Shown here in pieces: positions 15,413-27,170 of a DNA stretch of 64,000 nt. Position 1 is the first letter of the stretch; every line of letters begins with the position of its first letter. The notes beneath the pieces are model-generated. The model was not told the origin of the DNA. It saw nothing but the letters and a program-made list of their open reading frames with translations, and made no database searches. Source of the stretch: Chrysomallon squamiferum (Eukaryota > Animalia > Mollusca); contig CM022670.1 of the NCBI GenBank assembly GCA_012295275.1, forward strand, positions 17,422,001-17,486,000, given 5' to 3'. The translations under genes were made by a program, and so were the position numbers.

Positions 15413-17301
15413 TTAAAAATTGTTTTCCACAACATGCAGCATTTAAAGTCTGTTGTCCTAGAGTATGGCCATGTTGTAAAAACAGATCAACCATCTTGAT
15501 ATTCCCAGCTGCAGCAGCTATGGAGAGTGGAGTGACATCATCTTTTCCTCTGCAGTCTACTGGTAGTGCATCAACAGCAGACAGACATGATTCTGCCAAA
15601 TCATAGTCTCCAACGGCAGAAGCAAACTGTAGCATGGAAATTTCCATTTTTTTAATGTATTCTAAATCTGTGGTTGACAGTTTGCTTAGAGTTGTTATCA
15701 AACTAGCTTCTATTGTGCTTTTCTGAAGAATCTGACAAGCTCTTCTTGCTCTTAAATTATAATTTGATTTAAAGATTTTGGCTCTTTCAGATCTGTTTTG
15801 AGTCATGATCCAGGTACACAAATACTGGTGTATCGTTAGTATGTATTTGGTAAACAATCTGGGAAAAATATAAAGAAATTTAGAGGCCATTACATGTTGC
15901 ATTTTTGTACTTGACTTGGTGAAATGATGCCAGGCTATTTGTTGCAGAATATCTAATGCAGTAGTTTTTCTTTCATGTGTTGTGCTGCTTTCCATAATGA
16001 TTTTCTCCATGTCCCCAATGTCAACTGTTTTCAAAAATGTATGCCCTTCTTGAAAGAAATATATTTGTATTTCCAGTGGTGCAGATTGGAAGAATGGTTG
16101 CCAGAATGCAGACAAAATTGGCAGTGGCACTTTCTGGTTCTGAAAATAGACATGTTTGTGACAAGGTGTATTTGCTGAAAGCAAACAGTTCCACATCATT
16201 GATCCTCCGTGGCGAAGAAGCATGATTACTACTTTCCAGAGCTTGTTTTGTACAGCACTGATAAAAGCTTGACAAATGCAGTGTATAGAAATGTGCTTGG
16301 CAATCTGAGTAGCCGCTAGATGAACCCCAGTTTCAATAAGTTGACAGACAACAGCTTCCATACTCTCTTCATACTGTGAAATATGTTGTATAAAGTGTGT
16401 TAGAGGAAGCACTGATCCATGTCTGAAGGTAAATGTGTTAGCAGGTGAGTCTGCGGCATTTAGAAGTTGTCTGGTTTCAGTAACCATCTTTCTTGTCAAT
16501 AACGACTTCAACTGCAGCAGTTTTGGACAAAGTCTTATGATGACAGAAAACAATTCCTTACTTTTGTGTGAACTGTTAACTGCAGCCTGAAACACTCCTT
16601 TAGCACACACACGAGTGTGCTCATCAGCAGGACCTGTACTTTCCAGTGACTGTGATTTCCAGTGACTTATCACAGTACTCAGTATTTCTGTATTTCCTTT
16701 CCAAACAGCTAAGTGCAGTGCAAAACATATTAAAGTGGAGGCCTTATTGCTTAACAGAACATCAACTAAACTTTCATTTTCTTTTAAAACAGCTAATTCT
16801 AAAGCTGAATGGACCAAAAGACTTTTTTCTTTTTCAGTAAAAGAGAAATCATTGTACTTTTCAAGATTTGTTGGTATATAGTTTGGTGATGCACCCATTT
16901 CAATCAGCTGCTTCACAGTATTAGTTTGTTTTGTTTTATCTTTGTCACTAAATGTCTCATTTAAAATGGCCACCTGCAGGAGAACATCAAGTTGTTTTTG
17001 TGTAAAATTATGACACTTATCCAGTGAAATGAGAGATTTCTCAGACCAGTACTTAGCAGCAACAATAGCTGCAGATTTGAATTCTTTCTGAAAAATATCT
17101 GGTAGGTAGACAGCAATTCTGTGAATTAATTCTGGTCTGTCATGCATTATTAGCTGACGAAGCAATGACACATCATCACTTTGAACTGAAGAAAACCTCT
17201 GAAAAGGTTGTGTTATGATGTGGGATATAGAAACATTATTTTCTTTACTCAATGTAACCAATTTACCTTCTTCATTTCCAACTCGACAATAATGGACTTT
17301 C
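15413..17301 (-). pseudogene. Copy A 1889-nt exon: degenerate ankyrin repeats
   Basis: SALELAVLKENESLVDVLL, DDVTPLSIAAAAGNIKMVDLFL; same length as 55129-57017. Confidence 0.9.
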
Positions 17302-17612
17302 CTGAAATACAAAATTTGTCTACTTAGCCTTGAAACATAAAATATAAATATGCTTTCCAGAACTGTGACAGATAGAGGTGAATTGGATACAAAACCACTG
17401 GGAGTAATCGTTAGTCACTTAAAATTTAATGTCTTTTGAAATGCCCTCATTATAAGATAATAAAATATGTAATTATCATTTATTTATATATATGGCAAAT
17501 AAGAATAAAAAAAATAAAAAAAATATAAGTTACAGTTTATACTGGTTAATCAAAGTCTGTTTAAATATGAATTAATCACCAAATAAATAAATTAAATAGA
17601 AAGGTCATTTAC

Positions 17613-17852
17613 CTCTGTCTGTTCCCAAATTCTGTCCAAGTCTTGCTACATACTGTACATTTCTTAAGTGTAGCAGTAATAGAATTCTTTTTGGGTTTTC
17701 TAATCATTGGACAAGCAGTGTCACGACTGATCTGAACTGAAGAAAACCTCTGAAAAGGTTGTGTTATGATCTGGCATATAACAAAACTATCTTCTTTACT
17801 CAGTGTAACCAATTTACCTTCTTCATTTCCAACTCGACAATAATGGACTTTC
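17613..17852 (-). pseudogene. Copy A 240-nt chimeric exon produced by tandem duplication across an intron
   Basis: Its 5' half copies the start of exon 17301 and its 3' half copies the end of exon 18158; phase 2-2, open. Confidence 0.8.
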
Positions 17853-18157
17853 CTGAAATATAAAATATGTCCAATTAGCTTGGAAATAGAAAATATAAAT
17901 ATGCTTTCCAGAACTGTGACAGATAGAGGTGAGTGGTGTACAAAACCACTGGGAGTAATCATTAGTAACTTCGAATTAAATGTCATGTGTAACTCTTTCT
18001 TTATAAGATAATAGAATATCAAATATATAGACAGTAATTATCATTTATATATATGGAAAACTATATATATTCAGTTATAATTTATACAGGTTAATTAAAG
18101 TTTATTTGAATATGAATTAATCATCAAATAAATAAATTAAATAGAAAGGTCATTTAC

Positions 18158-19775
18158 CTCTGTCGGTTCCCAAATTCTGTCCAAGTCTTGCTACATACTG
18201 TACACTTCTTAAGTGTAGCAGTAATATAATTCTTTTTGGGTTTTCTAATCACTGGACAAGGGGAGTCAGGACTGATCTGAGACCAGTCTGCCCAAATTTC
18301 TGTAAGATTGACCACTTGAGAGTTTTTCTCTTCTTTAGCACTAATAATGGGCTGTTTCGAGATTGTTGAAATCCTTTTTATTAGTGATTCTGCCGTTTTC
18401 TCATGTAAAAGTGGAATATAGTATAGCAAGGTGTGACCACTGACATCAGCTGCTTTAGGATTCATTTGTTCCAAATGGTTTTGAATAAGATAGTCCATTA
18501 GTTTATCATGTTTCCTTTTTGCTGCTACCATAACAGGAGTCCTTCCACGTGAATCTTGAAGTGCTGGATTGATACTGTCACACTTCAGTAATAACATGAC
18601 AGTTTTCTGATGACCTAAATAACATGCATAATGCAGTGGTGTGGACTTTTGCCAGTCCCCTATATTTGGATTAGCTCCTTTTTCCAGCAGCATCTTTACA
18701 GATTCATCATGATTTGACTGGACAGCTTCGTGCAATGCTGTTCTGCCCATGAAATCTTTCAGATCAATTTCAACTCCTTGGTCAAGTAACCATTTCATCA
18801 TTTCTGTATTACCATGATATGCTGCTTGTGAAAGAAATCTACTGAGCAAATGTTTTTCATTTTTCAAAAAAGGAATATGATACATTGCAAGATTTGAAAA
18901 ATCTGATTCTGCTTCTTTAATCAGCAATTCTTTTGTTGTATTTGTGATCTGAAAGGTTTCTCTCAAAGTTGGCAATAGCTTCAGAACTTCATATTTTTTC
19001 CATGACACTGCCAAATGAATCCCCTTGACAAAATCATCATTGGTCATACTTTCAAAGTAAAGTAATGGAACAATATTGGTATGTCCATGCTGGCAAGCAT
19101 AATGGAAAGGCAGATGTCCATCAGGATCTTTGTCCCCTTGATCTTGAGGTGATGTGATAGTTTTATTATCATCTGTTGACTTCTGTTCAGACATATTTTC
19201 TTTTAACAGAATCTTGATGATTTCTTCTTCACCTAATTCTGCTGCCAAATGAAGTGGAGGTCTGTAAAATGAACTCTCAAAAGGAATGACATGCTGACAG
19301 TAGATTTTTGCTAATTTTTTCATTTTTAACTGAATTGTGTAGCAGGTGAAATGTAAGAAAAGGTTTTCATCAAGAAGACCAGGATCAAGTCTAGGTAAAA
19401 TATACATTGTAGATGTATTGCTCAGAGTGTAAAGAATATGTCTACAATTAAATCCATGTACATCCTCACATTCCAAATCAGGATCGAGTTGTAAAAGGTA
19501 AACGACCACATCCAGTTTGTTAAAATTAAGAGCACAGTGCAGTGGTGTGCGCTTATTCATATCTTTCATGTAAATCAGAGATCATCCAAACTGACCAATC
19601 AACAATTCACAGACGTCCAGCTGACCTGACTGTGCAGCATAGTGTAGAGGTGTGGCCTGTCGGTAATCTCTCAACGTACAAGCATCTGCCTCATTAGGAA
19701 GTTTGTGTAGAATATCACAAAGAACTGCAGTATCTCCCAGAGAAGCAGCACAGTTCAACTGATCTACTGGAACAT
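18158..19775 (-). pseudogene. Copy A 1618-nt exon: canonical ankyrin block with an in-frame TGA
   Basis: Several TPLH/TALH ankyrin repeats; GGA-TGA-TCT at 19582-19584 versus GGA-CGA-TCT in copy B. Confidence 0.9.
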
Positions 19776-21237
19776 CTAAACAAAATTCATGTTAGACATT
19801 AAAACAAGTGTAAAAATAAGATATAAGAAAAACTAAATTCCTTCTTTTTTAAGGATATCCATTTATTTGTGGGTTATAACATACACGTTCTGACACACTA
19901 GGAAAGCTAAGTTCCAAAAGCAGACCTAGTCAATGAAGCACACATTGGTGGGTACCAAGCCCTGGTTGCTGACCTCATTTTTGGTTGCTTTCAATCAGAC
20001 TTTTGGTGTGTGATCCCAAGCATGACATTTTTATCATTAATGTAGATCTTTATAAAAAAAAGTTCTCTTACCAGATGAAGAAAAATTAAATTCTGCAGGT
20101 AAAAAAAATAAATAAACAGTCAAATCCAGCCAATTTGTTTGTTGTGAATTATGTTTTGTTTTAAAATTTACTTGATTCATAATAATAATAATAATAATAA
20201 ATAAATAAATAAATTAAAAAAATATTGCAGAATTTTAAATATAACATCTGTATTTATCAGTGTCTTTTTGTAATTTTAGTATACAATCCACTTAAAGATT
20301 GACAAGAAAAAATGCACATAAAAAAAAAAAAAAAAAAAGACTTACATAAATGGCAGCTAAAAAAAAACATTTTTTTTTTTTTTTAATTAACTAACTAAAT
20401 AAATAAATAAATATTTATTGAAGAATTAATTTTAATATTAACATATTAGATATATCACATCTTATGGTATCTTAGTGGTGAAACAAATATACTGTTCTGT
20501 AGGGTTACCTGTGAACAAGTAGAGACCTTTGTTATTCAATTAGATCTAATTAGAATAGAAAATAAATATATGAAAGAATATAGATAAATTTAATAACTGT
20601 CTCTAGAGAGTGATGTACCAGTGAGCTAAAGCCACATTCTTTTAAAGACACACACACACACACAACTATATGCCCATGAAAATACATATAAATGAAAATG
20701 CAAACATACGTGCACACATACACACTTGAGCAAGATGGAATCTGTATTATTTGCAAAATGACAGCTATATAAAATATACAGCATTATAACAAATAAGTAA
20801 GTTAATTTTAACTTTAATTTGACAGTGAATAATTTATAAATAAGTTCATTATGTCAGAAACCAAATAAATAAAGAAAAAGAAGTCTAGAAATTCAGAAGA
20901 AGGTATATGCATTCTACTGAAAAAGTGAGACCAGTTACCATGCTGAATAATAAAACGAAGTCTTTATCAGTGTTTTGGCTGTTACATAAACAAAACACTT
21001 GGTTTCAATCTTTCAATATTTTACTATTAACATATTGACATAAGTTTACTTGATAAGACCTGTGTACCCGTTGGACAAAAGCTTTTTATCATGTTTGTTA
21101 ATCAAACATTCATTAGTTTCCGAGAAATGTAGGATTTTGTCTTGTTTGAGGTTTTAAATTAAAAATTCTTGTCCTGTCTTGTTCCAAACAAATAATTTGT
21201 TTAAACCTGGTTTACTTTCAACAGATTTTATAGGCTC

Positions 21238-21282
<45 letters not shown>

Positions 21283-22004
21283 TATTATTATTATTATTAA
21301 ATAATTTCATATATACAATGTACCTTTGAAACAGTTTGTAAAATATTATATCCCAGCAATTCAAGTGTTTTATAATCAGTGGCAATTATAAAATTATCAA
21401 AAAACTTCATTTTTCTGATCTGTGCTTCAATACTAAAATAACCTCACATTTCAGATAGTAATAATTTAAAATTTAACTGGAATGGTTTATTTAATAGCAT
21501 CATTTGTAGTTTTTATTATTATTATTATTGTTGTTGTTGTTGTCTTTGTAAATAGCTGATGTTATTTAATATTTTAAAATGTTATTTTATTATTTCAATT
21601 TATTTTTTAATATTTATTGGTATTTACTCAAAGAATATTTTATATTTAGATAAAAACAGATGATCTGCCATGAAATTAAAATTTTAAAATATATTACATT
21701 AAAGTTACTGTTATCAATAATACTTCTTATTAGTCATGAAGAGAATTTTACAAAAAGTTTGTGATGTTGATGTGAGCAGACAAACTATGTAGGGGAAACA
21801 CAAACTATGGTATTGGTGCAGGAAGAAATATACTGACTGTGCAGAGAGAATAAATATTAATTTAAAAAAAGAAAAGAAAGAACAACAACAAACAAACAAA
21901 AACAAACAACAACAACAAACAGAAAACAAACAAGTTACTGATTGGTTTAGTAAGAAGCTGATAATACAGGTAAAAAAAAATGGTAGAAATAAATAGTAAA
22001 AACT

Positions 22005-22043
<39 letters not shown>

Positions 22044-22330
22044 TTTGGAATCCTTTATATGAAATATTTGGGACTGTTTCAGATTTTGTAATGCAAAGAG
22101 ATAGCCTGAAAACGAATTCCATTTATATTTCTTATACAGGTAATAGAAATAGTCTGCCGGATTTTTTATAAAACATTTTAAAATAATTCTGTGAATGAAA
22201 AAATATTTGTAAGATATCACTATTTTTGCTGCTCATAAAACGTTTTGGATTTCGTACCTTTGGATAAGGGATCCTCAGTTTGTAATAACATTCTTCTGAC
22301 ATAATTAGAAATGTTTTCTATGAAAGATAC

Positions 22331-22521
22331 CTGAATTGTCTGGAAAGTAACTGTTAACAGCAAAAGGAATAAACGAGAAGGCATCAGTTATTTCTCCGTT
22401 TAAGGCGGTTTTGAGGTCTTCCGGTGACCATTGCCTGAGCCCACTGTCTTCAAACAGACAAACCAATCCAATACATCTGGACCAGAAACGGCGGCCATCT
22501 TTTTCAAAGGATATCTTTAAA

Positions 22522-22597
<76 letters not shown>

Positions 22598-23119
22598 GAT
22601 AATAAATTTTTAAAAATTAAAAGAATTTCTAAAATTAAAAATGACTGTCACTGACACTCAACAGACTCCGAGTTTGATTAATAATCATTTAAAAATAAAT
22701 TTTCAAAAGTGTATCTCATATTATTATTATTATTATTATTATTAACCTTTCTGTATTGAACGTCTCGAAATACGAATGAAGGATTCAAATCTCTTTCAGG
22801 TGCTTTTGGCAGAATGTCGAAGACGCTTATAATTCTTTCCTGTGGTCGACGAACTTCTCTGTTCTTACGCAGAAAAATAAAACCTTTCTCGAAATATGAA
22901 GCGAATGTCGAATGGATTTTTCGTCTCACTTCTGCTAGTGTGCTTCTCGATCTGACATGAAAATGTTTACTCAGAATGGACGGTTGTTCGGTACTAATCG
23001 CCTGGAACTTGATCAGTATGTCCGGAGTTTTCTCCCTTGGAAGTGTTGGCGGTGAAGAGAAAACATACTGGCCTTTGTCATTGGTATCATTGTCCTTGGC
23101 AGAATAGTCTTTGGTAGCT
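22331..23119 (-). CDS. Two N-terminal exons of copy A (23119-22747, 22514-22331), only partly visible in the ORF track; putative ubiquitin-like beta-grasp domain
   Basis: 373-nt and 184-nt stop-free exons with AG/GT ends; phases 2-0 and 0-1 join exactly to the phase-1 acceptor at 19775 (..PDNS|DVPVDQLNC). Peptide includes DILIKFQ..SKHFHVRSRSTLAEVRRKIHSTF..GFIFLRKNREVRRPQERIISVFDILP. Confidence 0.7.
22530..22593 (+). repeat. (TA)n microsatellite
   Basis: Direct reading. Confidence 0.95.
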
Positions 23120-23124
23120 CTACG

Positions 23125-23156
<32 letters not shown>

Positions 23157-23241
23157 TACAACAACAACAATGATAAGAAAAATAATAATCGAACTCAATA
23201 TTACGGTAAAATGAAGCTTATTAGATTCCATCTAATTAGGA

Positions 23242-23301
<60 letters not shown>
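23242..23301 (+). repeat. (TAT)n microsatellite (similar arrays at 21240-21298, 22008-22041, 23125-23155)
   Basis: Direct reading. Confidence 0.95.
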
Positions 23302-23687
23302 CCTAGTTGTTGTTATTGTTATAAAGAAAACAAAAGAAAACATTAATAATAATAATAAAAAATAAAAAATTGTTTATTTTAACTATACAAAACAGGACCA
23401 GATGTACCTAATAGTACCACATATTGTATCCCACCAACAGTTTTTTAAGATCCTCTTGGTTCAAAACTTTAATGAGCACTGAACATGTTTACGTCTTGTT
23501 GTTTTTTTACCCCGCGAAACAGATATTTTTAGCTTCATTTAGACAAGAGCCATAACTTACTTAATAATTTGCCTTCCAATATATTTTGAAAATGTACGTT
23601 AAAGTTTACTTCCAAAGGCTAACCTCTGACGCCATAGTTATTAACGTTTATATATCCCTAACCGTTACAATTACATTTAATTATCTT

Positions 23688-23688
<1 letters not shown>

Positions 23689-23759
<71 letters not shown>
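23689..23759 (+). repeat. (CT)n microsatellite
   Basis: About 35 CT units. Confidence 0.95.
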
Positions 23760-23762
<3 letters not shown>

Positions 23763-25045
23763 CTTCGGAAAATCGCATTTTTAAAAACAATACATGTAAT
23801 CAAAACGAAGAAGAAGAAGGAAAAGGAAAAAAAAAAAATAATAAACTGAAGTAATAATAAATATCTTTTGAAAACATACATAAAGAAATAACGAACATAT
23901 ATATAATACTAATCTTGTTCAGTAACCAGAAGTATATAAAACGCCCCTCTCAGCTATACGCCTGTAAGCCATTTGAAGTGTTTAATAATATAATTATAGC
24001 TTCTATATATACATAAATATGAATAATCAAATATTGGACTGAAATCTAAATCTTAAATAGAAAGACACTTCTAAAAACTGACAAGACACAATATACATGC
24101 ACACAAACACACACGCACGTCACTGGTATATTACTATAGTCGCAATTTAGTTTCGTAACAGACCAAAGGTTATGTATTGTCAGGACTTGATTTTTTCACA
24201 CACAGAGACACACACACACACACACGAAAATTTTAATACTTTATCAGATAAAATTACTCTCCTTCACAATCTAAGAAGTAAAATATATAGATTGGTTAAA
24301 AAAACAAATTAATTTATTTTAAATAAAATAAGTTAATAAAATATTAGGAAGGTAAGTATTTTTGTTTTAATCCCTTTAATGCTGAGAACATGGACGCATA
24401 TGATACAAAATGCCAACCAAATTTTGTCACTTACCCCATAGTGCTGATCACTCTATCGATCCATGTTTTTGTTAATTATTTTGCAATTACTGACTGTAAT
24501 CATCTTCTGATAATGACTTAAACTGGCAGTCATTTTCAGTCTGATAGATGAAGTCTGAAGAATTCGTGGTTAGAAATCGGTTATACTATGGAAGCGCACA
24601 CTGAACTAATAATTGACAGTGAGGATCTTTTATTCCTAAACAGACCCATGCATATTCATGTATGCATATTCATATATACATATTCAAATTTGTTTGCTTA
24701 CTTAGACGTTGAAACTTATCTCTGGTGAGTTAACGATCTAGTTAAGAACAAACGTATCTGTTATTTTACATAGTCATGAAGTGGATACGTTGTATCGTAG
24801 AGTCAAATGTTTACACAATGATTTTGTGTTCTGGCTATGGCGTTTCCGTATAACTTGGTATGTATAATGGATACATTTTCTTACTGAACAATGTACGAAC
24901 TCAAGAAACAAGTTGTTAATCCTGTTAGAAATGATAATATATAGTAAAATCTCCATGACACAGGTGAAGCCAAAACACAATATTGACGGCATTGTATTTT
25001 GTATATTTGTACGCAGTTACTTTCTTCTTATATATATTATTCCGT

Positions 25046-25076
<31 letters not shown>

Positions 25077-25279
25077 TTTTACGTGATATACATGGCCATG
25101 AAAACTGACACTGTTACTCAAATCCTATCAGTTTTCTTAATTATTACGGTAACCTGATTAAAACACTGTAAATGTGATAATAGATCAATATACGAAACAG
25201 TGTAAACGAAATTATAAACGTACAATACAAACTACCTGAACATACAGAATACGGTGTATATATTGCAGTAGTCTGCAAT

Positions 25280-25620
25280 ATAGTAGTAACAGAACTAGTA
25301 GCAATAGTTTTAGTAATAGCAATAGTTGTGATGGTGGTGATTGTCCTTACAGTAATAGTAGTAGTAGTAGAAGTAACGATATCACTATTATGTTGATAGT
25401 AGTAATAGCAGCAGCAGTAGTAATAGTAATGGTATTAGAAAAATTAGCTGGTAGTAGTAACAGTAGTTGTAGTCGTAGTAATAGTATCAATTGAAGCTGT
25501 TGTAGTGGTAATAGTAGCAGCAGTAATAATAGTAATAGCAGTAATACCATTAGTAATAGTTGTTGTAATCGTAGCACTTGAACTAGCAGTATTTCTAATA
25601 ATAGCAGTAACAGTTATAAT
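25280..25620 (+). repeat. Degenerate (TAG/CAG/TAA)n low-complexity tract (similar at 2780-2940 and 42290-42400)
   Basis: Triplet periodicity; it produces the spurious poly-Leu and poly-Val ORFs. Confidence 0.85.
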
Positions 25621-26499
25621 TAGATATGAATACTATGCGAGTTTATAATGTACAGACGTGTTATTTGATGATGTACGTATATAAATATAAATATTCTATA
25701 TCCCAGATCATCAGAGTTCATAGAGCAAAGATTCATGAGAATATCCTATAATTAAAAGTATTTATCCTGATGATATATACTCATGAAAGGAACAGAATTT
25801 AGTTGTATTCAAAACAATTCCATCCAAAATAACCGTAAAAATTAAAATATAATAGCGATAATATGTGCACATTTTCCTTTGTTACGGTGTTAGGCGGAAT
25901 ATTTTGCCATTTACAACAAAAATGCCTGAATCGCAGTGACAAAATGTATTTAAATTTGGGTTATCACCGACAGCTACACAGGGTTGGAAATAAATTTATA
26001 ATTCTACGAATCGATAATTTACAACCTTCTACTTCCCGGTTTCACACACGTTACGACATATATCAGTCTTCGGTGTTTCGTGTTATTACTTGATGATTAA
26101 TCCAGAATAAAGGCGTATGATAAGCCGCGTGATAAATCATTGCTAGATTAATCCAGACTTCAACCAGAAACCCATTATAATTTTATCAAATACTTACTTC
26201 CTCAACTATGCGATTCTGTAATAATAATCTTACTAATATAATATAATATAATTAATAAATAAATAATAATATATTAATAACAGATATAATAATAATAATA
26301 AATAACAGTATAGTGTAACTTTGATGAAAGAAGAAATAGTATAACTATATTCTGCATACATCTAAGTTATAGCGAAATATAACAAGAAGAGAATATAGTT
26401 AAAAATATTTGGACACGCGATTTTCTTATCTGTTCGTGACGTCGCCGCGTGAAGTTTGATCCATTAGTTTCTCTGTTTACTGAAGTATAAGCGAACTGT

Positions 26500-27170
26500 T
26501 TGAAGAAAAGTATGTAAAAAATTATCTCAGCTGATCAAACATGTTTCCCAGGGAGAGAATAATTGATAATGTAATGTCAATAAGAGATATAATAGATTTA
26601 GCTAAATTAAGAAATGAAAATGGTTACTTGATCAAAATAATATCACAGTTTTATGTTAAAAGTGTAGAAAAATAAAATGAAGGAAAAATGTATTTCTTGG
26701 ATAAACATTCTTTTCTAAAGATATCATTCTGTAACAAATATTTTTCACTACGGACAAGATTTTGTCTAGATACAGGAGTGAAAATTAACATCGATAAATC
26801 AGAAATACTTTTATTTGTAACGCCAAACAAAATCATAATGCTTTTGATATTCCAATTACCTTTAAAAAGGAATGTGTTGCAATTTTACTTTAATTCAATA
26901 TTCTACTATGATTAGAAAAAAAAAAAAAAAAATCGTGTGTTTAAAAAATTCAATATGTTCGACTTAAAAAGACTGCTTTCCGTTGGTGACGTTGAATTTA
27001 TCATATTCATTATTTTCAGTGTTATATGATAAATCTGCTTTTATATAGAATTATTATCTACAGGGGAAAAATTGTACAAATCTGTCCTGTTTGTCATCAA
27101 GACGTAGAAGATATGTTCCTTTTATTTTTATACTGCGATGAATTGTATGACCTCATATTTATTTTCAATG
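26500..27170 (+). mobile_element. Heavily deleted Tx1/L1-clade LINE ORF2 relic
   Basis: IISADQTCFPGR / IIDNVMSIRDIIDLAK..GYLI (RT N-terminal motifs), RFCLDTGVKINIDKSEIL (late RT motif) and CPVCHQDVEDMFLLFLYC (zf-RVT-like, His lost), in the expected order. Confidence 0.7.

Larger units (their letters stand above)
1..23119 (-). pseudogene. Copy A: paralogue of the same gene, probably a pseudogene; 3' death-domain exons lie left of the window
   Basis: Exons 23119-22747, 22514-22331, 19775-18158, 17852-17613, 17301-15413, 14895-14817, 14187-14050, 13681-9518, 9366-6942, 6452-6341, 5823-5725, 5354-5256, 4955-4857, 4414-4323, 3447-3106, 2745-2560, 2344-2067, 1691-1089, 483-341. Lesions versus copy B: CGA>TGA at 19582-19584, 28-nt deletion at 10848/10849, -1 at about 8020, -1 at about 3257, +1 at about 1605. 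Confidence 0.8.

Noticed and set aside
8444-16840. Plus-strand ORFs overlapping the large exons, several shared by both copies (e.g. 15364..15606 and 55080..55322)
   Set aside because: Antisense shadows of the coding exons; their conservation follows from the duplication.
23561-23635. Candidate first exon of copy A (ACTATGG start, gtaagt donor)
   Set aside because: In-frame TAA at codon 10 and phase mismatch with the acceptor at 23119; it would need extra indels.
24540-24860. Possible plus-strand mini-exons with good donor sites
   Set aside because: The implied intron is only about 49 nt, there is an in-frame stop and no recognisable protein.
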